A stretch of 64,000 nt of DNA, taken from IMG/VR virus record IMGVR_UViG_3300032287_004484, positions 186,001 to 250,000 of that record. One strand, given 5' to 3'. This document shows positions 41,761 to 50,506 of the stretch, piece after piece. A program made the position numbers and the translations under genes. A model generated the notes under the pieces. It searched no databases. It saw nothing but the letters and a program-made list of their open reading frames with translations, and was not told where the DNA came from. How positions within the stretch are numbered: position 1 is the first letter of the stretch; each line of letters opens with the position of its first letter.

Positions 41761-42424
41761 CATTTAAAAAGTATTTTTTAAATCCATTACATATTTTACT
41801 AACGTGTTTTTTATTATTTATCCAATTTCTTTTTAAATTTAATTCTTTATGACTATCAAAAGTATCAGATATTGAACATATAAAATCATCACGTTGTATT
41901 TGTTTTATAGATCCATCCTTTACTTCACAAGTATAAATAGGATAATAATCTTCTTCTGAATGTATCTCTTGACTTAGTAATTGTAAAGTGAAGTTTAAAA
42001 ATGAAAATTCAAATGCTATTAATTTTAAATCTTCTTCAACCTCTTCAATTTTTGGCCATTTTCCAATGTTATAATTATTACAAAAAATCTTTCCATCCCA
42101 ATTACACCATCCATGTAATCCACCAACCCAAGACGAAGAAATTCTATCATTATGTAGATAACTTAATTCTAATCGTTGTATTTTATCTTCTATAATATCA
42201 TAGTCTATAGGTATATGTGATATCCTATCTTCTATTGGAAATGAAGAAACATATATTTTATGTAATTCATCATACAAGAGACTATTTTTTGATATATCAT
42301 ATTCTAATAAATACCAACGCTGTGTCCTTATTAAAATTTCAGATGCTTGTTCTTCTGAAATGCTTTCTCCAGTAACTAATAGTCCTGGCCATTTTGGCCA
42401 TCCTTCATTTTTTTGTTGAATCAT
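41753..42424 (-). CDS. hypothetical protein
   Basis: 223-aa ORF; WPKWPGLLVTG, SSWVGGLHGWCNWDG, NIGKWP. Confidence 0.65.
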   Translation of the reverse strand: MIQQKNEGWPKWPGLLVTGESISEEQASEILIRTQRWYLLEYDISKNSLLYDELHKIYVSSFPIEDRISHIPIDYDIIEDKIQRLELSYLHNDRISSSWVGGLHGWCNWDGKIFCNNYNIGKWPKIEEVEEDLKLIAFEFSFLNFTLQLLSQEIHSEEDYYPIYTCEVKDGSIKQIQRDDFICSISDTFDSHKELNLKRNWINNKKHVSKICNGFKKYFLNVT

Positions 42425-42668
42425 ATTTTTTTTCTTTTATTTTTTGAGAAATTTTTTTAAGAAATTTAAACCATCTAAAAAAAAGATAACCAATAAGAAA
42501 AAATGGATAAAATAGTATAAAAAGCGGTATTTCATCTTCATGATATATTATGTTATATTTATTATCGTTTATATTTTCATAAATATAAATTAAAGATGCA
42601 AATAAAAAACCAATAATTAGATATATGCCTAATCCTAATAAAAAACTTATTAAACTTTCTGAATTCAT
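42405..42668 (-). CDS. small two-TM membrane protein
   Basis: Start reset to MNSES (GGGAG SD, TAATG overlap); IYLIIG...LFYP. Confidence 0.6.
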   Translation of the reverse strand: MNSESLISFLLGLGIYLIIGFLFASLIYIYENINDNKYNIIYHEDEIPLFILFYPFFLIGYLFFRWFKFLKKISQKIKEKKYDSTKK

Positions 42669-43120
42669 TAAAAAATTCTCCCTATTAATTTGATAAAGAT
42701 TATTCCTGAACTTGTTCCAATACCAGCACCTAAACAATAAGAAATTCTTTCTCCCCAAGATGCTATTGTAATTCTTCTAATATTAAAAGTCCAAACTAAA
42801 GATAATAAAAAGCCACATACTCCAGCTTGAATCACCATTTCTTTAGAAATAAGAATTGTATTTACAGAAACAAAAAATATTTGTAATAATGATGATAAAA
42901 AAATACTAACTAAATGTTGTTTGTTTTTAATAAATCTAAATAATGCTATTAAAAAAAATAAAGGGTAAAGAAAAACAATAATAAAAAAAAACATTACTTC
43001 AACAAATTTAAATTCATTTACTAAAGAATCATATTGTTGATTTTCTTTAGGTTTAAATATTAACCAAATGAAATAAAATATTGCTCCTAGTGTAATGTAA
43101 TAAATAAGGTATTCTTTCAT
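42668..43120 (-). CDS. multi-pass membrane protein
   Basis: Several hydrophobic segments; YITLG...FLYP. Confidence 0.6.
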   Translation of the reverse strand: MKEYLIYYITLGAIFYFIWLIFKPKENQQYDSLVNEFKFVEVMFFFIIVFLYPLFFLIALFRFIKNKQHLVSIFLSSLLQIFFVSVNTILISKEMVIQAGVCGFLLSLVWTFNIRRITIASWGERISYCLGAGIGTSSGIIFIKLIGRIF

Positions 43121-44130
43121 AATTCTAAATATCCTAATAGTTCTTTTTTATCAATTTCAAAATTATTATCATTAACATATGATTTTAATATATCTTCTGG
43201 ATTAGAAGAAACTATTGTTTCCCAATCTTTTGCAACAGCTATTTTTTGATTACTTTTTGAAAGATCCCATTCAAAAAATACATCAAAATTATTTTTTAAT
43301 AATTTCTCTCTATATTGTATTAATAATGAACTGTCTAGATTTTTTCTTATTATCAATTTTATAAAACTATTACTTAGTGAATTAATATATGTCATGTTAG
43401 AGTTTTTTAGTTCGACTGATATAAATTTAGGTGAATTAAGATTAGGTACAAATTCAATCTCATCTTTATCAGTATTATAAAAAGTCCATCCATGATCTCC
43501 TTCGTCGCCAAAATGAGATTCATAAGGTGATGAAACATAAGTCATAGATCCTTTATTTTGAAAACTATGATAGTGTCCACTAAATACTTTATAAAAATCG
43601 TTCCCAAGACAATTAATATCTAACTCAGAATAAACATCTTCATGGCCATTATCTAAATTAAAGCCTTTTAAACCTAAATGAGTACAAAGAATATTCTTTT
43701 TATCTTTATCATAATTTACTTCCTTTAATTTATTAATAATTACTTCATCATTAAAGTAGGGTAAAAAATGAAATCTAAAATCACTAGAATCAAAAAACCC
43801 GTAATCGTCAAAAAAATTACAGGAACTACTAAATATCGAAAGTCCATTAATCTTTGCATCTCCTTTGGAAAGTATATCATGATTACCTGGAATCATATAA
43901 GTTGGAAACTTATTCATGATTTTTCTTAAAGAAAGAAGCGCTTCGTGTTGTGCCTCTATAGCAACGATATCTTTTAAATGAAATACATCACCTAAAATAA
44001 AAACATAATCAACTTTTCTTTCTATACAAATATCATAAAAATCATCTATAGATTTTATAATATGTTTTAAAAAATTATTATTTTTTTTGTAAATCTTAAT
44101 ATGAAGATCACTAATAAATCCAATTACCAT
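43117..44130 (-). CDS. gp47: recombination endonuclease nuclease subunit (T4 gp47/SbcD/Mre11-like)
   Basis: Metallophosphoesterase motifs SDLH, GDVFH, GNHD, SGHYH. Confidence 0.92.
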   Translation of the reverse strand: MVIGFISDLHIKIYKKNNNFLKHIIKSIDDFYDICIERKVDYVFILGDVFHLKDIVAIEAQHEALLSLRKIMNKFPTYMIPGNHDILSKGDAKINGLSIFSSSCNFFDDYGFFDSSDFRFHFLPYFNDEVIINKLKEVNYDKDKKNILCTHLGLKGFNLDNGHEDVYSELDINCLGNDFYKVFSGHYHSFQNKGSMTYVSSPYESHFGDEGDHGWTFYNTDKDEIEFVPNLNSPKFISVELKNSNMTYINSLSNSFIKLIIRKNLDSSLLIQYREKLLKNNFDVFFEWDLSKSNQKIAVAKDWETIVSSNPEDILKSYVNDNNFEIDKKELLGYLEL

Positions 44131-44188
44131 ATATAAATTATATAATATGAATTTATTAATGTTTAAAAATTAATTAATTTCAGTGTTA

Positions 44189-45307
44189 TTACTTATTTAT
44201 TTTATTTATATAAACTTCATTTTTACCACTGCTCTTAATAAATGGAGCAACATATCTTAGGATTATTCTTTGTACTGACTCAAATTTATTTATTTTATCA
44301 TCATATTTAGGATACATTTTAGAAAGGTCTAATTGATTTTTTCTAGAAAATCCTGGTAAATTTTGCTGATCAGAATACTTATAAAAGAAATCTTTTGAAT
44401 TTTCATAAGCATCTTCGATTAATTCATCAATCATCCCTGGAAAATCAACATCTTTATTATCTGGAAAATTCTTCTTTGGAAATAATTTTAAAAAAGTATC
44501 GTATCCTTTAAAAGTATCTCTAAATTGTTTCCAAGTTATATCAGGATCTTTTTTTGTCCAATCATCTTTTTTTAATCCATAAATAGATTTTTTTATATTA
44601 TTTAAAATAACAGTTATATTTTTTTTATCACTATAACTTTTTGGTGTAGAAATAAAATTAGTTTGTATTGCTTGTAATTCTTTAAACATTTCAATTGGAT
44701 CATATCCATAAGAATAATCAAAATCACCAAAAGTATCTTCATTGTCAAATTTATTAACTGAATTAATTTCAGACATAGCATGAAAAATATAATCGTGAAA
44801 TAAACTATTAAATAAACCTTCTACGTTTTTATATGAATTTTGATATGTACTATATTTTTCAATAGTAAATTTTTCACTAATTTCAAAAGATAATTTTTCA
44901 AAACTCATTTTTTTTAAAATATCATTATCTTTAATAAAAGCAACAATTTTATTTTTTATTTCATCCCTAAATGAATAATTTGGTTTTTTTAAAATATCAT
45001 CTAAATTTATATTTAAATCTGATTTTAAAAAATGTTCAAATATAATTTGTAATTTTTGATATATTTTATACATTTCTTCATCTTTAGAAAAAACAAAAGC
45101 TTGCAATTGTAGATCATATATATTTTGATCAGAAATATTATTTTTTTTAAAAAACTCTTTAGCAATAGAAGTTACATATTTAATTATACAAAAAAGATCA
45201 ATATAATCAAATAAATTTTGTTTAATATCTAATTGTAAATCAAAATCATATAATTCTTTTATTTTTTCATCTATTACTGCTTCAAAATAATTTATTAGTT
45301 TCATCAT
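44189..45307 (-). CDS. hypothetical protein
   Basis: 372-aa ORF; N-terminus MKLINYFE-A. Confidence 0.65.
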   Translation of the reverse strand: MMKLINYFEAVIDEKIKELYDFDLQLDIKQNLFDYIDLFCIIKYVTSIAKEFFKKNNISDQNIYDLQLQAFVFSKDEEMYKIYQKLQIIFEHFLKSDLNINLDDILKKPNYSFRDEIKNKIVAFIKDNDILKKMSFEKLSFEISEKFTIEKYSTYQNSYKNVEGLFNSLFHDYIFHAMSEINSVNKFDNEDTFGDFDYSYGYDPIEMFKELQAIQTNFISTPKSYSDKKNITVILNNIKKSIYGLKKDDWTKKDPDITWKQFRDTFKGYDTFLKLFPKKNFPDNKDVDFPGMIDELIEDAYENSKDFFYKYSDQQNLPGFSRKNQLDLSKMYPKYDDKINKFESVQRIILRYVAPFIKSSGKNEVYINKINK

Positions 45308-45453
45308 TATATCCTAATAATATTTTTATGATCTTTTTTTATTACTATTTAAAAAAATCATAAACATTGTATAAACATCTTGTATAAAATTACACTGAAG
45401 GTGAAGAAGAAAATTAGTACTGATTAGTTATATAAACCAAAAAATAAATTGAT

Positions 45454-45855
45454 ATGGAAAAAAAAGAAAAACAAAAAAAATTAAATATCTTAATCTTAAG
45501 TTTTTATAAAATTTTAAAACTTTCTTCTGATGATCAATTATTTTTACCATTAGAAGATGTTAAAGAAATTAATGATGAAATGCGTGATAATTTAATGATG
45601 AAATTTTTAAATAATTATAACATAAATAAAAATTATTTATCAGATGATTTTTTTAAATATTTTATGAATAAAAATTTATTAGATAATATTGATGATATGA
45701 ATTATTTAGATTTTAATATTAAGGATAAAAGAATAGAAAAACTTTATAATAATTTTATACAGGATTTTAGTTTTTTTAAATATAAAAATAATGTTAAAGT
45801 ATCAAATGATAAAAAGTTTTTAGCAGAATTAGAAAGAATAAGAAATTTACCTTAG
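45454..45855 (+). CDS. hypothetical protein
   Basis: 133-aa ORF. Confidence 0.55.
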   Translation: MEKKEKQKKLNILILSFYKILKLSSDDQLFLPLEDVKEINDEMRDNLMMKFLNNYNINKNYLSDDFFKYFMNKNLLDNIDDMNYLDFNIKDKRIEKLYNNFIQDFSFFKYKNNVKVSNDKKFLAELERIRNLP

Positions 45856-45857
45856 AA

Positions 45858-45886
45858 TAGACACTTTTTTATTTTTCTAATACAAT
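45858..45886 (+). promoter_or_regulatory. promoter (no upstream box)
   Basis: TAGACA-17 bp-TACAAT, 5 nt before the GTG start. Confidence 0.55.
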
Positions 45887-45891
45887 AAAAA

Positions 45892-46686
45892 GTGGAAAAA
45901 ATAAAATTCTCTAAGTCTAGGTATGGTTCTCAAAAAAATTGTTTAGGACAGTACTTTTATCAATATATTGAAAAGAGGTCTGTCCCTACTATTTTATGGC
46001 CAGGAACTTTAATAGGAACAGCTACTCACTTATTTATTGAGGAAAATTTAAATTCAATAGTTAAAGAAAAAGATATTAAAAAATTACCATTATTTGAAGA
46101 AACATTTTTTAAATGTAAAAAACAAGAAACATCTAATATCAAAGTTACTTACAGAACTCCAAAAAACTTTAATGAAAAAGAAGTTTTATCTAATAACAAT
46201 AATTGGATAAAAGATATAATTAGATTTCTATTTTTATATTTACCTCCTGGTACAAAGATATTTGAAGAGGAAGTTGAGCAAGATATAGTAATAGATGATT
46301 TAATAATAAATGTTAAAGGTATTATTGATCTTCAAGTTAAAGATGAAGATAAATTATGGGTTTTTGATTTTAAAACAACTAAAAATCCAAATTCTTGGAT
46401 GTTTGTAAATTGGGAAAAAGACGCTCAAAGTCTTTCTTATTTGTGGTTAAAAAGAGAACAAAACCCATTAGGATTTAATTATCTGATTTTTGATGCAGAA
46501 AATAAAATGATTTTTTCTAATAATATTGGATTTCAAGAAAATAGTAATGTAGAAAATAACTTAACTAATTTATTAAAAGATTTTATTAAAAATCATAAAG
46601 AATCTTTTGATAATAAAAATTGGAATCCAAGTCCAGATAATTGTAAATGGTGTCCATTTAAAGTTTTATGCCCAAGAAAACTTTAA
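45892..46686 (+). CDS. PD-(D/E)XK nuclease (RecB/AddB/Cas4-like)
   Basis: GTATH, GIIDL, FDFKT, Q.LSY, C-terminal CKWCPFKVLC. Confidence 0.85.
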   Translation: MEKIKFSKSRYGSQKNCLGQYFYQYIEKRSVPTILWPGTLIGTATHLFIEENLNSIVKEKDIKKLPLFEETFFKCKKQETSNIKVTYRTPKNFNEKEVLSNNNNWIKDIIRFLFLYLPPGTKIFEEEVEQDIVIDDLIINVKGIIDLQVKDEDKLWVFDFKTTKNPNSWMFVNWEKDAQSLSYLWLKREQNPLGFNYLIFDAENKMIFSNNIGFQENSNVENNLTNLLKDFIKNHKESFDNKNWNPSPDNCKWCPFKVLCPRKL

Positions 46687-47267
46687 AATCCTTCAATATC
46701 AAGTATTTGATATTTTTTATTTTTTTTAATTCGTTCTATTTCTGTTTTTAAATCATCAACAAAAATTATTTCATATCCTTGACTTTCCATAAATTTTATA
46801 GGATCATTTATTATTTCTTGACTTTTCCATTCAATTTTTTCTTTATCGTTTTTAAAATAAAAAAATTGATTAGATTGTGTTAATTCTATAAATTTTTCTT
46901 TATCAAATTTAGTTAAATATGTTTCATGATTATTAATTTTTTTTTCATCTTCTTTATTAAAAACAATATAATCTTTTGTTTTTAAACGATATTTTAAAAA
47001 TTGTAATCCCCTAGGTGCAGCATAAGGCGCTACCATTTTTTTTGTACCGACGAATAGACCTGTCGCCTTAGAATAATCTTTTTCTGATTTTGATTTTGCT
47101 GAAATTGCATAAGAGTTAGTCCAATTACTATTATGGTAATATGTTTTCATTTTTTTATTAAAATCTATTATTCTTTTATCGTCTAATCTATAAACATATT
47201 TATTATCTTCATTCGATTCATTTATACATATTAAATCTTTTAATTCTTTTAAAAATTTCAAAATCAA
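46683..47267 (-). CDS. hypothetical protein, paralogue of 47319-47888 (possible ART-like fold)
   Basis: Shared VYR.DD, TGLF.G, APYA.PRG, KYIIF/VF, I.PI.FM..QGY. Confidence 0.7.
   Translation of the reverse strand: MILKFLKELKDLICINESNEDNKYVYRLDDKRIIDFNKKMKTYYHNSNWTNSYAISAKSKSEKDYSKATGLFVGTKKMVAPYAAPRGLQFLKYRLKTKDYIVFNKEDEKKINNHETYLTKFDKEKFIELTQSNQFFYFKNDKEKIEWKSQEIINDPIKFMESQGYEIIFVDDLKTEIERIKKNKKYQILDIEGF
47185..47264. repeat. 80-bp direct repeat, copy 1 (copy 2 at 47812-47891)
   Basis: 5' ends of the two paralogues; 4 mismatches in 80 bp by manual alignment. Confidence 0.85.
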
Positions 47268-47318
47268 TTACCTATATTCTTTATTTTTATTAATAAATAA
47301 AAATCATATTTACAAAAA

Positions 47319-47888
47319 TTAAGGTTCCTCTTCCTCAACATTAATTCCACTTTCTTCAAGTCTATCTTTTTCAGTTTTTAAATCATCAACAAATTTAATT
47401 ATATAACCTTGATTTTTCATAAATTCTATTGGATTAATTATTTTTTTTTGTTTCTCAAATTCTATTTTATTATTATTTTTGTATGCAAAATATTCATTAG
47501 AAGTTTCTAATTTTTGAAAATTTTTTTTATTGAAAGCAGTTAAAAATGGTTGATGTGATTCAATCTTAGATTTATCTTTTTTTCTAAAGATAATATAGTC
47601 TTTTTTATTATGATTATATTTAAGAAATGGAGTGCCTCTTGGAGAAGCATAAGGAGCAATGTCAAATAAATTTCCAGAAAATAAACCAGTGGATGTTTTA
47701 AAACCTTCTTTTGGTTTTGTATTATCTTGAAGAATTCCTGATTCTGTCCAATCATCTGTATGTTGATACGTATTTAAATTTAAATTGAAATTTTCTATTT
47801 TTTTATCATCAAATCTATAAACATATTTATTATCTTTATTTGATTCATTTATATATATTAAATCTTTTAATTTTTTTAAAAATTTCAA
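47319..47888 (-). CDS. hypothetical protein, paralogue of 46683-47267 (possible ART-like fold)
   Basis: TTG start; same shared motifs; SNEY in place of SNQF. Confidence 0.7.
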   Translation of the reverse strand: MKFLKKLKDLIYINESNKDNKYVYRFDDKKIENFNLNLNTYQHTDDWTESGILQDNTKPKEGFKTSTGLFSGNLFDIAPYASPRGTPFLKYNHNKKDYIIFRKKDKSKIESHQPFLTAFNKKNFQKLETSNEYFAYKNNNKIEFEKQKKIINPIEFMKNQGYIIKFVDDLKTEKDRLEESGINVEEEEP

Positions 47889-48016
47889 AATTAATCCCTT
47901 ATGTTAATATAATATTTTTACGGGTTTATTATAAAAAATACTTAAAAATAAACATCTTATTATAGAATAATATTAATTGAAAAAATTAATCAAGCTAAAA
48001 ATTAAATATTAGTACA

Positions 48017-48098
48017 GGATCTATGGTGAAATTGGTAGACACAAGAGACTTAAAATCTCTCGCATAAAAGCGTGCAAGTTCGATTCTTGCTAGATCCA
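48017..48098 (+). tRNA. trnL: tRNA-Leu (UAA)
   Basis: Acceptor GGATCTA/TAGATCC, anticodon arm AGAGA-CTTAAAA-TCTCT, long variable arm, GTTCGATTC T-loop; no encoded CCA. Confidence 0.93.
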
Positions 48099-48113
48099 TT
48101 ATAAGGAGAAAAC

Positions 48114-48635
48114 ATGAGTCTTATAAAGTATGCTGAAGAAGAGATTAAGGCGGCTGGATTAAACGATCCAGACAGTGATTATAATGGCGATATTGGAAAA
48201 GCAGTATTAGAGTTAATACAAGTTTTTTCTAATCAAGGGCACTCTGGAATGAGTGCTTCTATTGTGAGAAATGTATTTAATAAACTTGTAAAATACGAAC
48301 CTTTGATTCCAATTACAGGTAATACAGAAGAGTGGATGGAAGTATCAGAAGGATTATTTCAAAATAAAAGACTAGGTGGTCTTTTTAAAGAAAATGGTAG
48401 AGTTTATTATTTAGATGCTATAATTTTTGTAGATGAGAATGGTAGTAGATTTTCTGGTATCTCTTATACTAAGAAAAAGAAAAAACAAATTACAAGTCGT
48501 CAGTTAGTTAAGACTTTTCCATTTATACCACAAACTTTTGAAATAGAAGTTTTTGATAAGAATGATGAGCGTTATATAAAAAATAAAAAAGAACTAAAAA
48601 AAGTTTTTAAATACTATAACTACTATGAAACCTGA
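48114..48635 (+). CDS. conserved phage hypothetical protein
   Basis: YAEEEIKAAG...VLELIQVFSNQGHSGMSA...PLIPITG..EEW. Confidence 0.75.
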   Translation: MSLIKYAEEEIKAAGLNDPDSDYNGDIGKAVLELIQVFSNQGHSGMSASIVRNVFNKLVKYEPLIPITGNTEEWMEVSEGLFQNKRLGGLFKENGRVYYLDAIIFVDENGSRFSGISYTKKKKKQITSRQLVKTFPFIPQTFEIEVFDKNDERYIKNKKELKKVFKYYNYYET

Positions 48636-48849
48636 TTATCAAAGATTATTTCTTACTGAGTTTGTTGCTCTAATACAACAGAAATATAAAATTGAATTTA
48701 CTAAATTTTTCTATGAGGGAAAAAGAGAATATACGATTATGAAGCCTGAGTTTTTAATTCAAACTTACTCTGACCAAGAGGCAGAGAAATATAATTGCGT
48801 TTTTGTTATCAACTTTTTCTATTTTAAAATTATTAGAAAACTCTATTAA
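48625..48849 (+). CDS. hypothetical protein
   Basis: Overlapping co-directional small ORF. Confidence 0.5.
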   Translation: MKPDYQRLFLTEFVALIQQKYKIEFTKFFYEGKREYTIMKPEFLIQTYSDQEAEKYNCVFVINFFYFKIIRKLY

Positions 48850-49049
48850 TGAAAGTTTTAAAACTAAATGAATTAGACGATTCTTATTCTTTAGTAAAAG
48901 AAATATGTGATTATTGTAATGATGATATATTAACTGACAATATAAAAATTAATCATGTATTTACTCATAAGTCTATTATTTCTCCAGGACAAAAAATAGA
49001 ATTAGATATTTGTGAAAACTGCTTTCTCCAAAAATTTTTAAATTTCTAA
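48849..49049 (+). CDS. small zinc-finger-like protein
   Basis: CDYC and CENC pairs. Confidence 0.6.
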   Translation: MKVLKLNELDDSYSLVKEICDYCNDDILTDNIKINHVFTHKSIISPGQKIELDICENCFLQKFLNF

Positions 49050-49053
49050 AAAA

Positions 49054-49082
49054 TAGACACTTAAAAAACTATTTAATATAAT
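49054..49082 (+). promoter_or_regulatory. tRNA-Asn promoter
   Basis: TAGACA-17 bp-TATAAT; predicted start a few nt before the tRNA 5' end. Confidence 0.7.
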
Positions 49083-49090
49083 AAATAAAA

Positions 49091-49164
49091 TGGCAAGTAG
49101 CTCAGTAGGTAGTAGCAAAGCACTGTTAATGCTTGGGTCGTAGGTTCGAATCCTACCTTGCCAG
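49091..49164 (+). tRNA. trnN: tRNA-Asn (GUU)
   Basis: Acceptor TGGCAAG/CTTGCCA, anticodon arm AAGCA-CTGTTAA-TGCTT, T-arm GTAGG-TTCGAAT-CCTAC, discriminator G. Confidence 0.93.
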
Positions 49165-49228
49165 ATATTTAAAAAAAAATAAAACATATTAGAGATAAAA
49201 AAAACTTAAGTAATTATTTTATAAAAGC

Positions 49229-49432
49229 ATGAATAATTATACTTATAAAATTGAATATAATCGTTATAATTTAGGTGATTTTTTAGTAGAATTTATAGAT
49301 GGTAAAAAAAATAATGTTTGGATATTAGAAGATTTATTTAATTCAAGTGAAGTACTTGGTACAAAGCGTTATGATGCAACTTTAAGAGCAAAGGAATATA
49401 TAAGAAAAAATCATCCTGAATTATTACTATGA
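49229..49432 (+). CDS. small protein with C-terminal tag (NHPELLL)
   Basis: 67-aa ORF. Confidence 0.65.
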   Translation: MNNYTYKIEYNRYNLGDFLVEFIDGKKNNVWILEDLFNSSEVLGTKRYDATLRAKEYIRKNHPELLL

Positions 49433-49634
49433 AATATATATATAAAATTGAAAGTGATGCTATTATTGAAATTGGGGAGATACAAATTCGTTGGCTTTTT
49501 AAAGAATTACAAAACAAATCATCATTAATAAAATTTAGAAAATTTTATTCTATTACAACAATAGAATCTTTTAATAGAACACAGGATTTTTTTTAAATCA
49601 TGTTATTAAAAATAATCCAGAATTAATCATATAA
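49429..49634 (+). pseudogene. frameshifted small gene (T8 tract), paralogue of 49229
   Basis: ATGA-coupled; stops at 49596 in frame 0, while the -1 frame continues to NNPELII-stop at 49634. Confidence 0.6.
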
Positions 49635-49678
49635 TATTTTTTATATACTGATTACTTTTTAGGTTTAATCGTTAGTTT
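49634..49678 (+). repeat. 45-bp promoter-containing direct repeat, copy 1
   Basis: atattttttatatactgattactttttaggtttaatcgttagttt; -35 TAATCG, -10 TATTAT at 49689-49694. Confidence 0.9.
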
Positions 49679-49727
49679 GTATTTATTATATTATTAACTA
49701 AAATAGTAACAAATAAAGGAGACAACT

Positions 49728-50366
49728 ATGAATAAATTACAAATACTTACAATTAAAGATTTAAATAAACAAGATCTAAAGAATAAAGATTTTGATCTTT
49801 TAGATATTAAAAAATCCATTAATTATGCAGCAGCTAGAAAAATAAGAATTAAAGAATTAGAACAAGAGGTTATTAAAGATGCAGACTTAGCGTTAAAATA
49901 TGCTAGTTCAGTTATACGTGGAGAATGGTTAGAGGGCGAAGATATTATTAGTTCAAACATTAATGCTTCAACACGTTACGCTAAACTTGTAATAAGTAAA
50001 AGATTTACAAAAGCTGAACCTTTAATTTTACAAGAATGTTATCCTACGTTATATTATGTAAGAACGATAATAAAACAAAGATTTCCAGAAGGTGAACAAA
50101 TAATAGCATCTAAACCAGATAGTGCTTATATATATGCTAAAGAATATATTTTTAGCAGATGGCCAGAAGCAGAAAAAACTATTAGTACAAATGCAGAGTA
50201 TTCCTTTCTTTATGCTGAGTTTATTAATGATAAATTTCCAATGGCTCATAAGACAATTTTTACATCTTCTAATTCTGAATGGAGAAATAAATATCTTAAT
50301 CTTCTTGAAAAGCTACGAATTAATACTCAAGAAATTAAAGATGAATATATTGAATTTTTATTATGA
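49728..50366 (+). CDS. alpha-helical repeat protein with C-terminal tag (YIEFLL)
   Basis: About 5 repeats of the type A..YA..VI.GRW.E.E..I. Confidence 0.75.
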   Translation: MNKLQILTIKDLNKQDLKNKDFDLLDIKKSINYAAARKIRIKELEQEVIKDADLALKYASSVIRGEWLEGEDIISSNINASTRYAKLVISKRFTKAEPLILQECYPTLYYVRTIIKQRFPEGEQIIASKPDSAYIYAKEYIFSRWPEAEKTISTNAEYSFLYAEFINDKFPMAHKTIFTSSNSEWRNKYLNLLEKLRINTQEIKDEYIEFLL

Positions 50367-50422
50367 ATTAAAAGAATTATTAGTAGGGATAATTATTCAA
50401 TTATCCCTAAATTTTTAATATG

Positions 50423-50467
50423 ATATTTTTTATATACTGATTACTTTTTAGGTTTAGTCGTTAGTTT
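50423..50467 (+). repeat. 45-bp promoter-containing direct repeat, copy 2
   Basis: One mismatch to copy 1; -35 TAGTCG, -10 TACAAT at 50478-50483. Confidence 0.9.
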
Positions 50468-50506
50468 CTAATTATTATACAATTTAACTATAAGGAGAAA
50501 AAGTAT

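Noticed and set aside
47185-47891. DGR template/variable repeat (all 4 mismatches are A versus G on the coding strand)
   Set aside because: No reverse transcriptase in the window, the repeat is at gene 5' ends inside two complete genes, and four transitions are expected from ordinary drift. Revisit if an RT lies elsewhere in the genome.
49634-50467. CRISPR array
   Set aside because: Only two 45-bp copies, about 790 bp apart; no regularly spaced repeats anywhere in the window
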